Part shown: in pieces, positions 48,665 to 61,499 of the stretch
Position numbering within the stretch: the first letter of the stretch is position 1
Layout of the letters: every line of letters starts with the position of its first letter
From: Lama glama
Taxonomy: Eukaryota
NCBI GenBank assembly: GCA_028534125.1
Contig: CM052817.1
Location: 107,448,319 to 107,512,000, forward strand
Reading direction: 5' to 3'
Length of the DNA stretch: 63,682 nt
Position numbers and translations under genes: made by a program
Notes under the pieces: generated by a model
Database searches by the model: none
The model's input: the letters and a program-made list of their open reading frames with translations, nothing else
What the model was told of the DNA's origin: nothing

Positions 48665-50095
48665 ACTTTCATTACTATAAAGCTACAGTAATCAAGGCAG
48701 AGTGGCACTGGCATAAGGACAGATAAACAGATTGATAGACTAGGTAGAGCAGAATAGAAGGCCACAGACGGGCACACAGACACCAGTTGGGTTTTGAAAT
48801 GTTGCCAACTCAATTTAATTCAATGGATAAAGAAAAATCTTTTCAACCCATGGGGCTGAAATAACTGGTAAATATCTGGGGAAAAAGTGAACCTTGACAC
48901 TTGTCTCATACTGCCCCCAAAATTAACTTGAGAGAAACATAAACCCAGCTTAAAAACTAACATTATAGTTTCTAAAATTAAAAAAATCTATTTTTATCAA
49001 AATAAAAGCTTCTACAGTATTGTCATGATCTTGGGGTATGCAAAGATATCTTAGAGAGGACAATAAATCCAATAGCTATAGTAGAAAGAAAATTAAGAAA
49101 ATCACCTCACTGAAATTAATATATAAAGAACAAATAATAGTTTTGATAGTAAAAAACAGCCCAATAAAAAATGAACAAAGCTCTTGTACAGACACCCCTC
49201 TGAAGAGGCTAGTCAAATGGCTAATACGCAACGTGATCAGGCATCAGGGAAGTGCAAATTAAGTCCACAGTGAATTACCACATCACTCCCACTGGAACGG
49301 CTAAAATTAAGAAGACTGGTAACCCCCAAATATTAGTGATGAGATAAAACAGTAGAAACTCTCGCTTTGGAAATCTGTTAGTGAGGTTTGAAACCTTAGG
49401 AGTTCCCCAGGTGAAATTCAAAACTGACCCCTGGGCTCAGAGGTCAGGGAGGGACTGAAGAAAGAGGCAGACCCCTGCAGACTGGTAGGTGGCAACTTTG
49501 ATAAGCAAGGAACCTTACATATGAGGTAGTCTTGGATGCTGCAAAATGAGTAGATCTCCTCAGTCTTACAGTTCGTATAGAGACCTTAATGGGGTTCATT
49601 CATGTATTCAGTACAGGTGGTCTCAACAACACGCCACTGCATCCTTGAAATGGCTCCTAGTTTGCAAACGGTGGGCACAAAGTACATTCCAAGGGGAGGG
49701 GAGGGGATCAGGAACCTCCCACTGCCTGAGTCCAGTTCACAGGTCAACTAGAGGTCACGTCTTCTCAATGACCTTCTCCAGCAGGTAGTTTTATATAAAA
49801 TTAAACATGAATTTATTTTTTGACCTGGTAATTCTACTCCTAAGTATTTACCCAAGAGAACTGAAAACACGCATCCACAAAAAGAATGTTCAAAGCAGCA
49901 TTATTCTTAACAGCCTAAAACTGGACGCAACCCAAATGTTCATCAACCGGAAAACAGATACTTACATTGTGGTAGACTCATACAACGGGGTACGAATCAG
50001 CGACAAAAAGGAACAGGCTACTGATGTATGTGACCACATGAGGAAATCCCCAAAATCTGCTGTTCAGCAGAAGCCAAACAAAAAAGGGTGCCCAC
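48665..50095 (+). mobile_element. Old L1 ORF2/3' region, interrupted by an LTR
   Basis: ACTATAAAGCTACAGTAATCAAG..AGTGGCACTGGCATAAGGACAGA..., CATCAGGGAAGTGCAAATTAA, ATTCTACTCCTAAGTATTTACCCAAGAGAA. Confidence 0.85.
49382..49783 (-). mobile_element. Solo LTR nested inside the L1
   Basis: TG...CA termini, 5-bp TSD GTTAG/GGTAG; the L1 sequence resumes across it. Confidence 0.7.
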
Positions 50096-52374
50096 TGCTT
50101 GCAAGTGACCCATCAGTTCTGCCTATACTCTATTGGTCAAAGCAACGGTGTCTCCATCTATGGTCAACAGGGCAGGGGATGGATAAACATCCCATAGGAG
50201 GACAACTGAAAAATCTGAAAAATAATACAATTTATCACACTTAGATGATGGTATAGGAGCAATTTCTCTATTACAGAAATTATCCCTTTGTGTTTTGAAT
50301 TGCTATTTTTGGGCCAGATGTTATCTTTTGACTAGGTTTTGGCAATGTAGACTAAAAATACAGTTTTTTTGTTCTTCGTTCTATAATTAAGTGGAATCAA
50401 TACTCAGTGCCAATCCTTTTGCAGTAATTTTTCCATTCATTCCTTGTTTGGCTAAAGTTTATCTTCCAGCAGTTTCTTAAACAAAGATTAATGCAAAGTT
50501 TATTCTCTGGATTTTAAAATATTTCGAAGTATTTTTCAGTTGCCTTTATGCTTGAGTGACAGTTTGGCCGGGTATAAAATTCTTGGGTTGCACTTTCTTT
50601 CCTTGAGGGCTTTGTGGGTGTTATTCTAATGTCTTCCACCAACGAATGTTTTTTTTAGAGAAGTCAGAGCTGGTAAGAATCTTTACTGTACAGGTTACTT
50701 GATCATTTTCCTTAGATACCTTTCTCTAATTCTGTTTTATTACAGTTGTAAAATGCAGCTAACAATAGTGCCCACCTCAGTGTTATGAGGATTAAATGAG
50801 GTACTACATGCAAAACGTAAATGTGAATGATTATTATCATAATTTATTAATATGGGTCCATTTTCTTGTGGAAATGTTCTTTTCAATATGTGATTTAATT
50901 CTTTTATTTTACACTTCCTTAATTTATATCTTTTTTTTTCTTTTCTGGTCCTTTGACTTTCTTCTTGGGTAACATTATATATGCAAATATTGGATCTCCT
51001 TCACCTTTCTTCCTCAACCACTATTTCCTTGATAATGTTTTAAAATCTTCATTTCTTTATTTTACTCAGTTTTGTAAAACTGTGCTCTTAAATGTTTCTG
51101 GTTTTTGTTGCACTGCTTCTACTTGGATTCTCCTTTTTGTGATGGATCTTTTTCTTGTCCTCCTTTCTTGAGTCAGTCTAGTGTATTTTCCATCTTCTGT
51201 TGTTGTTTTGCATGACTTCTCTGAACTCTAGTACCTCTGGTTTGTGTTTTTGTTTTAGAAGGGCACTTCCTTCATGATGTTTTTCATATGTTGCACATAT
51301 TTGGCTTTAGTTTCCATTTGCTCCATGTCGTTATTTCTGTGGTAATTGGTCTACACACCTTTTATTTATTCTCCTTGCTGCTTTCCTCCTTAAAAAATAG
51401 ATCTTATGTAGCTTTCTTCTTTGTTATTTTTGGTTTTGAATGAGGTGAACTGTTCCTGGATAATCTTTTTTTGCAGGAGAGTTTAAGAGAGGAGAGTGCT
51501 GTGATCTGGACTAACAAGAATTCTACATAAGACATGGGGCTGTATACATTCTTTTAGCTTTTATTCCTCTCCAGTCAATTAAAAATGGCACTATAGTCTG
51601 TTTTTAATTTTCATCTTTGTCTCCCACTCAGATGGTTGCCAAAATATAGCTTCTCCACGTCTTTCCTAAATTATCTACAGTCGCTCAGATATTTTAGACC
51701 TGATGCCAAGCGGGATCCAGAGAGCCTTCCACGATTAGCCTACACACCTCATTTATCTTATGAAATAGTTCCCAAAAATATCTCAGGACATGCCACTCAC
51801 TGCAGAAAAGCATGTCCAGCTGGCATTTTTGAGCTTTTCAGCTGGACTGTCCTCTCTTCCTGTCTTCCTGTTCTTCTGTCTGACCTTCATGATTTTTTGT
51901 AAGCTTCCTTTTGCTTTCTGATTTTGAGGTTCAGACTTCTCTAGTCTAATCAAAAATAGATTTATATTTCTGTTTCTCCTATTGTTTCTGGAAGGCGCAA
52001 TGCTGAATTTATTTCATTATGATTAAATTCCTCTAGGCTAATATTTTTATATCTCCATCCATCAAGGTGCCTACTGGAACAAAATGTAAGACTCTTGGTC
52101 TGCCCAGGTTGGGCAGTAGTACATTTTTAAGTAGCAGATTTCATTGTTTCTCATTATATGTCTGCACATATTCAAATCACTATCTATGTGTCTCTTTATT
52201 TAGGAAATAAACTGGGAGGGAAAATTCTAAAATATTGATTTTGATGGTCTATGCAAGGAAGGAACCAATGAAGTCCAAAGCCTTGTAGGTTTACCAGATT
52301 CTAAGAAATTTCTAACTGTTTAGCAGGTTGCAAATGCCAAAGTGAGAAAGACATACATATGAAAGTCCTAGTGT

Positions 52375-53154
52375 TACACTGTTGGTGGGGATGTAGTTTG
52401 GTGCAGCCATTATGGAAAACAGTATGGATATTCCTCAAAAGACTAAACATAGACTTGCCATATGATCCAGCAATCCCACTCCTGGGTATATATCCAGAGG
52501 GAATGCTAACTCTAAAAGATACATGCACCCCAGTGTTCACAGCACTATTTACAATAGCCAAGACATGGAAGCAATCTATATGTCCATTGACAGATGATGG
52601 GATAAAGAAATTGTGGTATATTTATACAATGGAATACTGCTCGGCCATAAAAAAGAATAAAATAATGCTATTTTCAGCAACATGAATGGACCTGGAGATT
52701 ATCATACTAAGTGAAGTAAGTCAGACAGAGAAAGACAAATGCCATATGGTATCACGTATATGTGGAATCTAAAAAAAAGGACACAATGAACTTTTTTACA
52801 AAACAAAAAGAGACTCACAGACATAGAAAACAAACTTATGGTTACCACTGGGGAAAGGAGGTGGGAAGGGATAAATTGGGAGTTCGAGACTTGCAGATAC
52901 ACACTATTATATATAAAATAGATAAACAACAAGGCCCTACTCTGTAGCACAGGGCACTATATTCAATATCTTGTAGTAAACTGTAATGAAAAAGAATATG
53001 AGAAGGAATATATGTATGCATATGTATGACTGAAACACCGTGCTGTACACCAGAAATTGACACAGCATTGTAAACTGACTATACTTCAGTAAAAATACAT
53101 ACATACATACATAAATACATACGTACACATACATATACATACATAAATAAAAAC
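52375..53154 (+). mobile_element. 5'-truncated L1 with (TACA)n tail and TSD
   Basis: ORF 52359-52685 is L1 ORF2 C-terminal-like. TSD AAAGTCCTAGTGT (52362) / AAAATCCAAGTGT (53155). Confidence 0.92.
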
Positions 53155-53786
53155 AAAATCCAAGTGTGGAGCTGAGTCCAAGGATAGGCAAATCAGGGAT
53201 GAATTAGTGGTTGGTGTGGGAGGAGAGATGAGGTCAAGAAGCCCTGTTTATCTTTAAACTTGCATTTCTGAGCCATGTGGGAACACTGTGTGTGGGTGTT
53301 TTGGTCTGACCTGAAGGTCATTGTGTCAGGAAGAAACAAGAATGCCTTAGAGCACGTTCGTTCCTCCATGCCATATGCATCCTGTCAGCCTGGAAACTTC
53401 TTACTTATTCTTTAAGGTAGACTTTGAGGATGAGCAGTAGCTTTCCAGGCTCCTGCCGTCCCCCTACTCCACTTGGGTTTCTCCTTACCTCTCTTTTTGC
53501 TTCCCTTGGCTGTTTAAGCATGTCTCAGTTTTATCCCTTAGAAGATGCATTTAAATTGTTACTTGTTTGTCTGTTTCCTCTTTGAGATTATGAATTCTTT
53601 GAAGGTGAGGATTTAATCTTACAATTTCCAGTTCCTAGCTTGCAACTTGAGATACATTGGATTCTTCTGGAAACTTCATAACTTTCATGGAATCCTGTTT
53701 TTTTTTTTTTTAATAGCATTAGATGTCTTGGCATGATGGATGCTTAGGAGTTTGATAATGGCTAGTTCAAAAGTCTTAAAATTTGT

Positions 53787-54419
53787 ATATATATATTTTT
53801 TATTGAAGTAGAGTCAGTGTACAATGTTGTGTCAGTTTCTGGTGTACAGCATAATGCGTCAGTCATAAATGAACACACGTATCTTTGTTTTCATATTTTC
53901 ACCATAAGTTACTATAAGATATTGAATATAGTTCCCTGAGCTATACAGTGTGAACTTGTTTATCTACTTTATATATATTAGGTGGTACCTGCAAATCTCT
54001 AACTCTCAATTTATCCCTTCGTACCTCCTTCCCCCTCCAGTAACCATAAGTTTGTTTTCTATGTCTGTGAGTCTGTTTCTGTTTGTAAATAAGTTCACTT
54101 GTTTTTTCTTAAGATTCCACTTATAAGTGATATTAGTCTTTCTCTGTCTGATTTACTTCACTTAGAATAATGATCTCCAGGTTCATCTGTGTTGCTGCAA
54201 ATGGCATTATTTCATTCTTTTTTAACAGCTGAGTAGTATTCCATTGTATAAATACACCACAACTTCTTTATCCAGTCATCTGTTGATGGACATTTAGGCT
54301 GCTTCCATGTCCTGGATATTGTAAATAGTGCTGCCGTGAACATTGGGGTGCGTGTGTCTTTTTGAATTAAGGTTCCCTCTGGATATATGTCCAGGAGTGT
54401 GACTGCTGGATCATATTGT
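53787..54419 (-). mobile_element. 5'-truncated L1 with TSD
   Basis: L1 3'UTR plus ORF2 end. TSD TTAAAATTTGT (53776) / TTAAAATTGGT (54420). Confidence 0.9.
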
Positions 54420-54829
54420 TTAAAATTGGTGTTGATATTTAAAATATGTCTACACTTAACAGTTTCTATGATTTAAATGCCTGCAAATGTTTAATATAAT
54501 TACAAATATTTTAGTTGTAAAAACAGGATTCATTCATTGAAAACCTCCTTGACCATTCTGTGGAAACAATTCTAATGTTCAGAAAAGTTACAGAGGATAA
54601 CATCACAGTGTGCAAAGCTTTCATTGCTCACCCTTCATGAATTTTCCAATTAATCTGAGGAATTTTGGTTCTACTCTACCTGACTAAAATCCACTTCCTC
54701 AGGCCATGCCTAGTTCAACAGACCCAATGCAGAGCAATTCTGAGAGTTACTTTCCAATGTTCTGATGATCTGTGATCTGAATATACTAGTATATTCAGCA
54801 AAGATGGTAAGGTGATTTGCTGTTACTAT

Positions 54830-55030
54830 AATAAATAAAATTTATTGAATGCTTAGTATTGCCAAGTGCTGTGCTAAATAATTTACACAAATTACTGACT
54901 TTGCTTCCCCATTTGATTGGTGAGAGAACTAAACTTTGGGGAGGTTAAACAACATGTCTAACCCTGCACCACGAGCAAGTGACCCATCAGTGTCTCCCCA
55001 GAGCCTGTATTTTCAGCCATTACGCTGTTC
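54830..55030 (-). mobile_element. MIR SINE
   Basis: ATTTATTGAATGCTTA..ATTGCCAAGTGCTGTGCTAAAT...CCCCATTT...GGAGGTTAAACAAC. Confidence 0.65.
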
Positions 55031-56449
55031 TGGCTCTGTGAGGATAAATGAAAAATAGCTACTGAATTTGACTCAGACAGATAAAAAAAATTGTCCTTTA
55101 ATGCTTCTGGTTTTGCTGATGCAGACTCGAAGTCAGGTCTAGAGAGACTCAGAGGTTTCTTGGCAAATGATACAACTTGACAGAATTTTCCAATTACCAC
55201 ACAGAGCATCATGGAGCCAGTCTCAAACTCATCCGACTTGTGTGCTTGAAACCCCAATCCCTTGTGAAATGGCTGAGGATGTTTTAAAATTGGAAAAAGC
55301 TTCAGAAGTCTGGCCTTCCACGACCTCTTCTTCTGCCTCAATCAGAATGATGATGCGAGGCTGGGGAGAGCAGAAAGGTGGGGCCCATCTCATAGCAACA
55401 AGGTTCCGTTGCTGGGCACAGTTGTGTGTGTGTGTGTTTGTGAGTGTGTGTATGTATGTGCCAAATCTCTAATTCTAATAAAAAACACTCAAAGACATTT
55501 TGTTCACAACTGAAAAGCAAGGCACAAATTTAACAAGAACATTTTTATCTCTTTTGTTTTGTCGACACCAGTAAATAGAGACTTTCAGGATTAGAAGTGG
55601 CTCAGGTCTTTATGGGAAGGAATATTGGTTTACAGATTTATATTTGTAATACAAAGTTGAAAACTATTTCTAATGACCAAAGTGATTTTTTAATACCTGG
55701 AAACAAAATCTCCTAGGACACTCAAGCAGTCACCCCCAAGTTAATTTGGACACATTGATATGGTCTTTTGGATTTTTATACATAAAATCTGAAATGTAAT
55801 TTGTGGATATAAGGCCAAGGTGAGAAACTAATCTGACAAATAAAATGGATGGATTTTTGAAAAACATAGCATAACTTTTCATAAAAACAAGATAGACCGA
55901 CCCGTGGGCTGTGGTGAGTGACCCTCTATATTGCTTCTCCTTCTTTCTACTCTATAAATGTGTGTCATGCCTAAACAGAAAAGAAAGGGAGAGAAAGTGG
56001 AGGGACGGAAGGAGCAGGGCATGGGCTAGTGTAGCCTGTGTTGCCTTCAGATCCACATAGCACCTCGGGTGTGCGGTGAGCAGCTGTGAGGAAGACAGGT
56101 GAGTTCTCATCTCCCAGCAGTCAGCTCCCTGGGGCAGAGAATGACTAGCAACTCCACGGCTGGCAGCCAGGCGGGCACTTGATGGCAAAGAAAGACCACA
56201 CAGTGAACGAGATAGTATAAAGCCTACCATAAAATTAGGCCAGAATATATTTCCACACCTCAGCCTGTGGGATAAATTGGAGTATCCATTTATCGGAGGA
56301 TTATTAAGCTCTGTCTCAGATCTGCTGTCGTAACTGAATTTTGCTCTGGAATCTACAGAATATTACTGGATTGTTTTTCCAAGCCAAGTACACCTACTGG
56401 CTGTAAGTAATGTTCTTTCTGTACTCAGACCCTTGGGAGCTTGAATAGT

Positions 56450-56919
56450 CATTTGCCCAAAGAAGACGTATAAATGAACAAGTACAGGACAAGTTGATTA
56501 ACATCACTAATCACCAGGGAAATGCAAATCAAAACCACAGTGAGGTGTCTCTCACACACATGTTGGGATGGCGATTATCAAAGACAAGAGATAACAGATG
56601 CTGGTGAGGATGGGAATAGGGAATCCTCGTGCACTGTTGGTGGGAATGTAAACAGGTGCAGCTACCGTGGAAAATAGTATGGAAGTTCCTCAGGAAATTA
56701 AAAATGAAACTAGCAAATGATCAGCAATCCCACTTCTGAGTATCTACCCAAAGGAGGTGAAGTCACTGTTTTGAAGAGGTATCTGTACTCCCACGTTCAT
56801 TGCAGCGTTGTTCACAGTAGCCAAGATACGGAAACAACCTAATTTGTATCCATTAATGGATGAATGGATCACGAGAATGTGATACATGCTATCTATCCGT
56901 CTCTCTCTATCTCCCTATC

Positions 56920-56960
<41 letters not shown>

Positions 56961-57460
56961 CCTACCTACCTATCTAAATTAAGCATTAAAAAAGAAGGGA
57001 ATCCTGAAATTTGCAACAACATGAATGCATCTGGAGGGCATTAAGCTAAATGAAATATGCCAGGCAGAGAAAGACAAATACTGCATGGTATCACCTATAT
57101 GTGAAAACTAAAACAAAGTCAAATCATAGAAACAGAGTAGAAAAGTGGTTGCCAGGTGCTGGAGTGTTGGGGAAATAGAAAGAGGTCGGTACCAGGGTAC
57201 AAACGTTCAGTTACAAGATGAATAAAGCCTGAGGATCTGGTGTATAGCATGGTGACTATAGTTGATACCACTGTATTGTAAAACTGAAATTTGCTAAGAG
57301 AGTAAATCTCAAATGTTCTCACCAAAAAAAGGGTGAACAGGTGAGGTGATGAGTGTGTCAATCCTCTCACAACGTATATATATATCAAATCATCATGCTG
57401 TACACCTTAAATATCTCACAATTGTATTTGTCAATTATCTTTCAATGAAGCTGAAAAAAT
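56450..57460 (+). mobile_element. L1 (L1MA-type) ORF2 end + 3'UTR with (TCTA)n microsatellite
   Basis: ACATCACTAATCACCAGGGAAATGCAAATCAAAACCACAGTGAGG...GAAACAGAGTAGAAAAGTGGTTGCCAGG...; (TCTA)n at ~56920-56975. Confidence 0.9.
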
Positions 57461-57679
57461 ACCCAATAGGAAAATTTGTAAAATGGAAAAAAATTATAAA
57501 ACAAAAAAGCCCTTAGCAGTTACTGTAGGACTGTAGTAAGAATACATGAAAAATTGAGTCATTCGGTCAGCTGCTATTCACTGGACTGCTATCAAGGGGT
57601 GCTTTGATACAGGTAGGGTTTCGCACTTGAAGCCACGTATGACGTCTGAGAGAGGCAGCTTAGCGAAGTGACTGAGTTT

Positions 57680-57785
57680 CGGTTCCGAGCTTGCCTCCGG
57701 CACTCACTGGTGGTCCATCTCAGGCAAGTTTCTCCGCCTTTCCATCCGGCGGCTTCCTCGTCTGCAAGGCGGGGATGATAACCGC
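57680..57785 (+). mobile_element. MIR fragment, GC-shifted
   Basis: GGTTC...CACTCACTGG...CAGGCAAGTT...TTCCTCGTCTGCAAGGCGGGGATGATAA matches the MIR core. Confidence 0.65.
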
Positions 57786-57892
57786 TGTTCTGCTACAACG
57801 CGTGTTGGTGTGACACAGACGGACTGGAGCGTGACCGGCCAGGGAGGGGACACAGCGGGGAAGACGCAGTCCTTCGCGCTGGTGCAGGTGCG

Positions 57893-57922
57893 CCCTAACC
57901 CTAACCCTCACCCTCACCCTCA
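57893..57922 (-). repeat. Telomere-like hexamer array (TGAGGG)3(TTAGGG)2
   Basis: Plus strand CCCTAA CCCTAA CCCTCA CCCTCA CCCTCA. Confidence 0.9.
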
Positions 57923-59699
57923 GCAGCAGCGGCGGCGGAGCTCGGAGCGCAGGGCACCCCCGGGGCGCAGGGCTGAGACTGGCGCAGCCCTGCCCCGTCT
58001 TCCTGGGGCGCTGCAAGTCCAGACAACTGCACGTTTGTTTTCTCTAGCGTTTCTGCAGCATTTCTTCTACATTATTGACATAAACTATCATTTCTTTAAT
58101 TATTAGGTATTTCTCACATTCTTTAAACATGCTGTTTTAAATTAATTTTATGAGTGCTGTGCTTAGAAAATTGAGTACTCTTTGAATGGTCTCCTTTGAA
58201 CCCTATGTCCACCACACACCCTGCTAGTTTTACCGCAAAATTTTGCAGAATGTGATGTTTTTCAGGAACGTGTGTAGTGCCTCTTAGTATTTACTTAGTA
58301 ATTCAGAGTGTAGATCTCATAGAATGTTTTTTTGTGGATCGAATGGGTTAATACAGGTATAATGTCTGATGCCCCGACGCCTTACTGTGTTCTCAGCGCT
58401 ATTCTGGACACTTAACCTGCAAATGTTAGATAAAGCTGGTTCTCCATAGTAAATACTTTTCATCAAAGGCAACATTGAACTAATTTACATGCTCATGGTG
58501 CCTGAGTCAGAAGCACAGGTTATGCCACCACGTAACTTAGCGGCGAGGAGGGACACACCAAAGACATTGAATATTTGTATACGCATTATGATAATTTCCT
58601 GGTGGACGGCAGTGCAGCGCCTTGTTTTAGCAAAATCATACCTTCGGATGGTAGTAAACTCTCTTGAAGAAGAGGGGCCCTGTCTGAGTAGAGCAGAGGG
58701 GCCCCAGCAAAGAACATGCCATGAAGTCTTCTTCGCTCATATAAGCCTCCATTGATGGTCAGATCTCAAAATACAGGAGTATAACATGTATTTACATTTA
58801 TTTAAAAATTGTGGGTAGTTACCTCATGCATAATCATGGCCTTTTAGTAGAGGCAAGCTGTGACATTGAGACAAAGGGAGCCCCAGTGCTTTTCAGTTTG
58901 CCTGAGTAATTTCCTTCTGACCAGGATTAACCCCGATTCCATTGTCTGCATGAAGCCTTTTCTTTTTCGTCCTGAAGAAAATGAATTGTCCTTTCTTCTT
59001 GACTCCTATGGTTCTTTGCTTTGATCTCATTTAGAGCACTTAATTCATCTCGCCAGCATGAAACAAAATGATTCATATACCAGCCCCTGTCTTTGGAATA
59101 TAGGTTTCATGAAGAAAGCATTGCGTCATATATTCCATTGAATGTATGCGTTCATTTATGCATCTCTGCACCCATTGAACAAACATTTATTAAACTCCCT
59201 TTATTTGATTTTATTTCATTTATTCAGTGTTCTCATGGAGGTTCCAATCTCTGGGGCAGAGAGAGAAGGAAGTCTCTGATTTAGGACTCAGTGGAGTAAG
59301 TGCAGTGGAGAGGAGGTTCAGGGCACTGTGGGAGCACACAGGGCTCCTCTAACTCAGATGTGCATTCACGTTCATGAACTGTCACTAACTCTTGAGGCTC
59401 AAGGAAAACCCAAGCTATCCGGCCCTTAGGGCAGTACAAAGAGGGCGTATTATGATGCCGTCTTTGAATTTATCCAGAAATTATCCCGGGCTCTTTCTAG
59501 TACGGCTACTTCTCCAGAATGTTCTGAGGAAATACTGAGATTCAGAGACAGCTCTTCCTTCCTGACCAGGGAGGATGGGAGACGGTGGACTGGTAAGGGG
59601 GTTGTTGGCCATCACTGAAGAGAATCGTGTGTTCACACACTTGTGACAGACATGAGATTTTACAGGAGCCATAATTCCCTGCTATTTCGTTTAGGGAAA

Positions 59700-60122
59700 A
59701 TGTGCGTCACTAAAAAATAGTTTAGTCTTTTCAGACTCCTTTGCAACTCTGGATAGCAAAGTGTTATAATTTGGCCAAGTTAAAATAAACAGCAGTCTGC
59801 TAGAGATATCTAGAAGATCTGTTGCTTTTCAGATACTGCGCATTTCCTCCCCTCACCCCTGCCCCCATTTTCTTCTTGCCTGGAACATAGGTGTGAGGCT
59901 GGAGGTGGAGCAGCCACATTATGAACATGAGGAGAGGATGAAAACCACATGCAAAGGCCTGCAAAGTAGAAAGATGAGGAGAACTGGGTCTGTGATGGCA
60001 TTAATGCATAGATGTATCAGTCTCCAAATTTCATGTGATGGGAAACAAATAGACCCCCATGTGTTTAAGCCTCTTGTACTCAGGCTTCTTGCTGCTTGCA
60101 GTTTAACACATTTCTAATGACC
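59700..60122 (+). mobile_element. MLT1-type MaLR LTR
   Basis: TTCTTGCCTGGAAC..GTGAGGCTGGAGGTGGAGCAGCCAC..ATGAGG...TGTTTAAGCC...CTTGCAG...TTTCTAATGAC. Confidence 0.7.
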
Positions 60123-61254
60123 CCAGCTATCAGTTGTAACCTTTTAGAGCCTTTTAGAAAATGAGTTCTACATTTTTATGCCCTCCTCCCTGCTTTCTGG
60201 AAATCTGGAGTAATGAAAATAGATGCTTTCCTGTGTTTTTTAATTATTTCATTATGTATATGGGATGCTTGATTATATGTTGGAAGGAAGCTGACTGTGT
60301 ATTTACAAGAAGATAAACATGAAGGAAGCAGAGCACATTTCATTTTAATTTTATAGCACAATCTCTGCTCCTAAATTCTGGTATCTCCAATTATAATTTC
60401 ATACTTGAAATCCCACCAGCGCACACACATGTTTTCTCCTTCACCTGTCACTTGTATTCCCATAATTATAAAGACAATAACACAATGATAACTGGGAAAA
60501 GAAGTTAATTTTGCAGATCAATGCTTTATGAAAAAAGGAAAAAAAAATTCCTGAAGATGAAGGACAAACCAATCTGTTAGCAATAAATATTTTAATATTT
60601 GGAAAATAAGAAATTATTGTCTTAACATATATGCAGACTCTCTTTTGAGAAACTTTAAGACCCTGGTCCTATTTATTAAGAGATTGAGAGAAAGGGGAGA
60701 ATTTGTACCATGTTAGAGGATTGATAAAATGAACTTCAGTCTCATCTACATACATAAAGAATGTGAAAGGACATTGGAAACTATAAAATACAAAAATGGC
60801 TATAAATGTTGTTATATCCAGCGGACAAACAGGTGTCTCCACAAAAAGCCTGGCGAGTCAAACAGTCTGCTAGTAAAATCAACAAAAACCACTGCAGAGT
60901 TTTTCACAAGAGTTTTATAATGAATTCTTCTGACAACCCTGTGACATAGGTATTTCAACCCATTTTACAAAAGAGGAAACAGGTTTGAAGAGTTTGAAAG
61001 GAGGGTTGTGGGGATAATTGCAACCTAAACTCTCGAGTTTCCTTTCTTTCCACCATCACCAGCTCCAGGCTATCTGCTTGTCCTAAAGTAAAGAGCCCTG
61101 GGGTCCGGGGGAGGAAGGCTGAGTGCAAGGGATGTGTGACATTAGCTAGAGGTTTTCCAGAGGTGCTTTTCATCTGGTTATGAAACTTCCCTCTTACTTT
61201 ATCTTACTCTTTGTTTCTCAGAGGTTTGCTTTTGTTTGTTTTTTATTTTTGTTT

Positions 61255-61450
61255 TTTAAAATCATGGATAGATGCTGGGTGTTGTCAAAACCTTTTTTTT
61301 AATCCATTAAGGTGATCGCAAGGTTAATTTTACTACATTGATATGGTGAATCATTGTGTATGATTTTTGAATGCGGAACCAAACTTGCATTCTTAGGATA
61401 CATGCCCCTTAGTCCTGAAATGCTAGCGTTTTATATTTTTATTTTTGGAA
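61255..61450 (-). mobile_element. Old L1 ORF2 fragment
   Basis: AATCATGGATAGATGCTG..TTGTCAAA...TTGATATGGTGAAT...GAACCAAACTTGCATTC. Confidence 0.7.
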
Positions 61451-61499
61451 AATAATTTGTTAACATTTCAGGATCCTTTAAAATTTTACTTTTAAAATA

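Larger units (their letters stand above)
57640..58030. promoter_or_regulatory. Isolated CpG-rich island ~30 kb upstream of RXFP1
   Basis: Dense CpG, (CAG)3(CGG)3 and a telomere-like repeat. No associated exon recognised. Confidence 0.45.

Noticed and set aside
54958..55472. 127-aa and 101-aa ORFs
   Set aside because: No recognisable domain; partly MIR and microsatellite derived.
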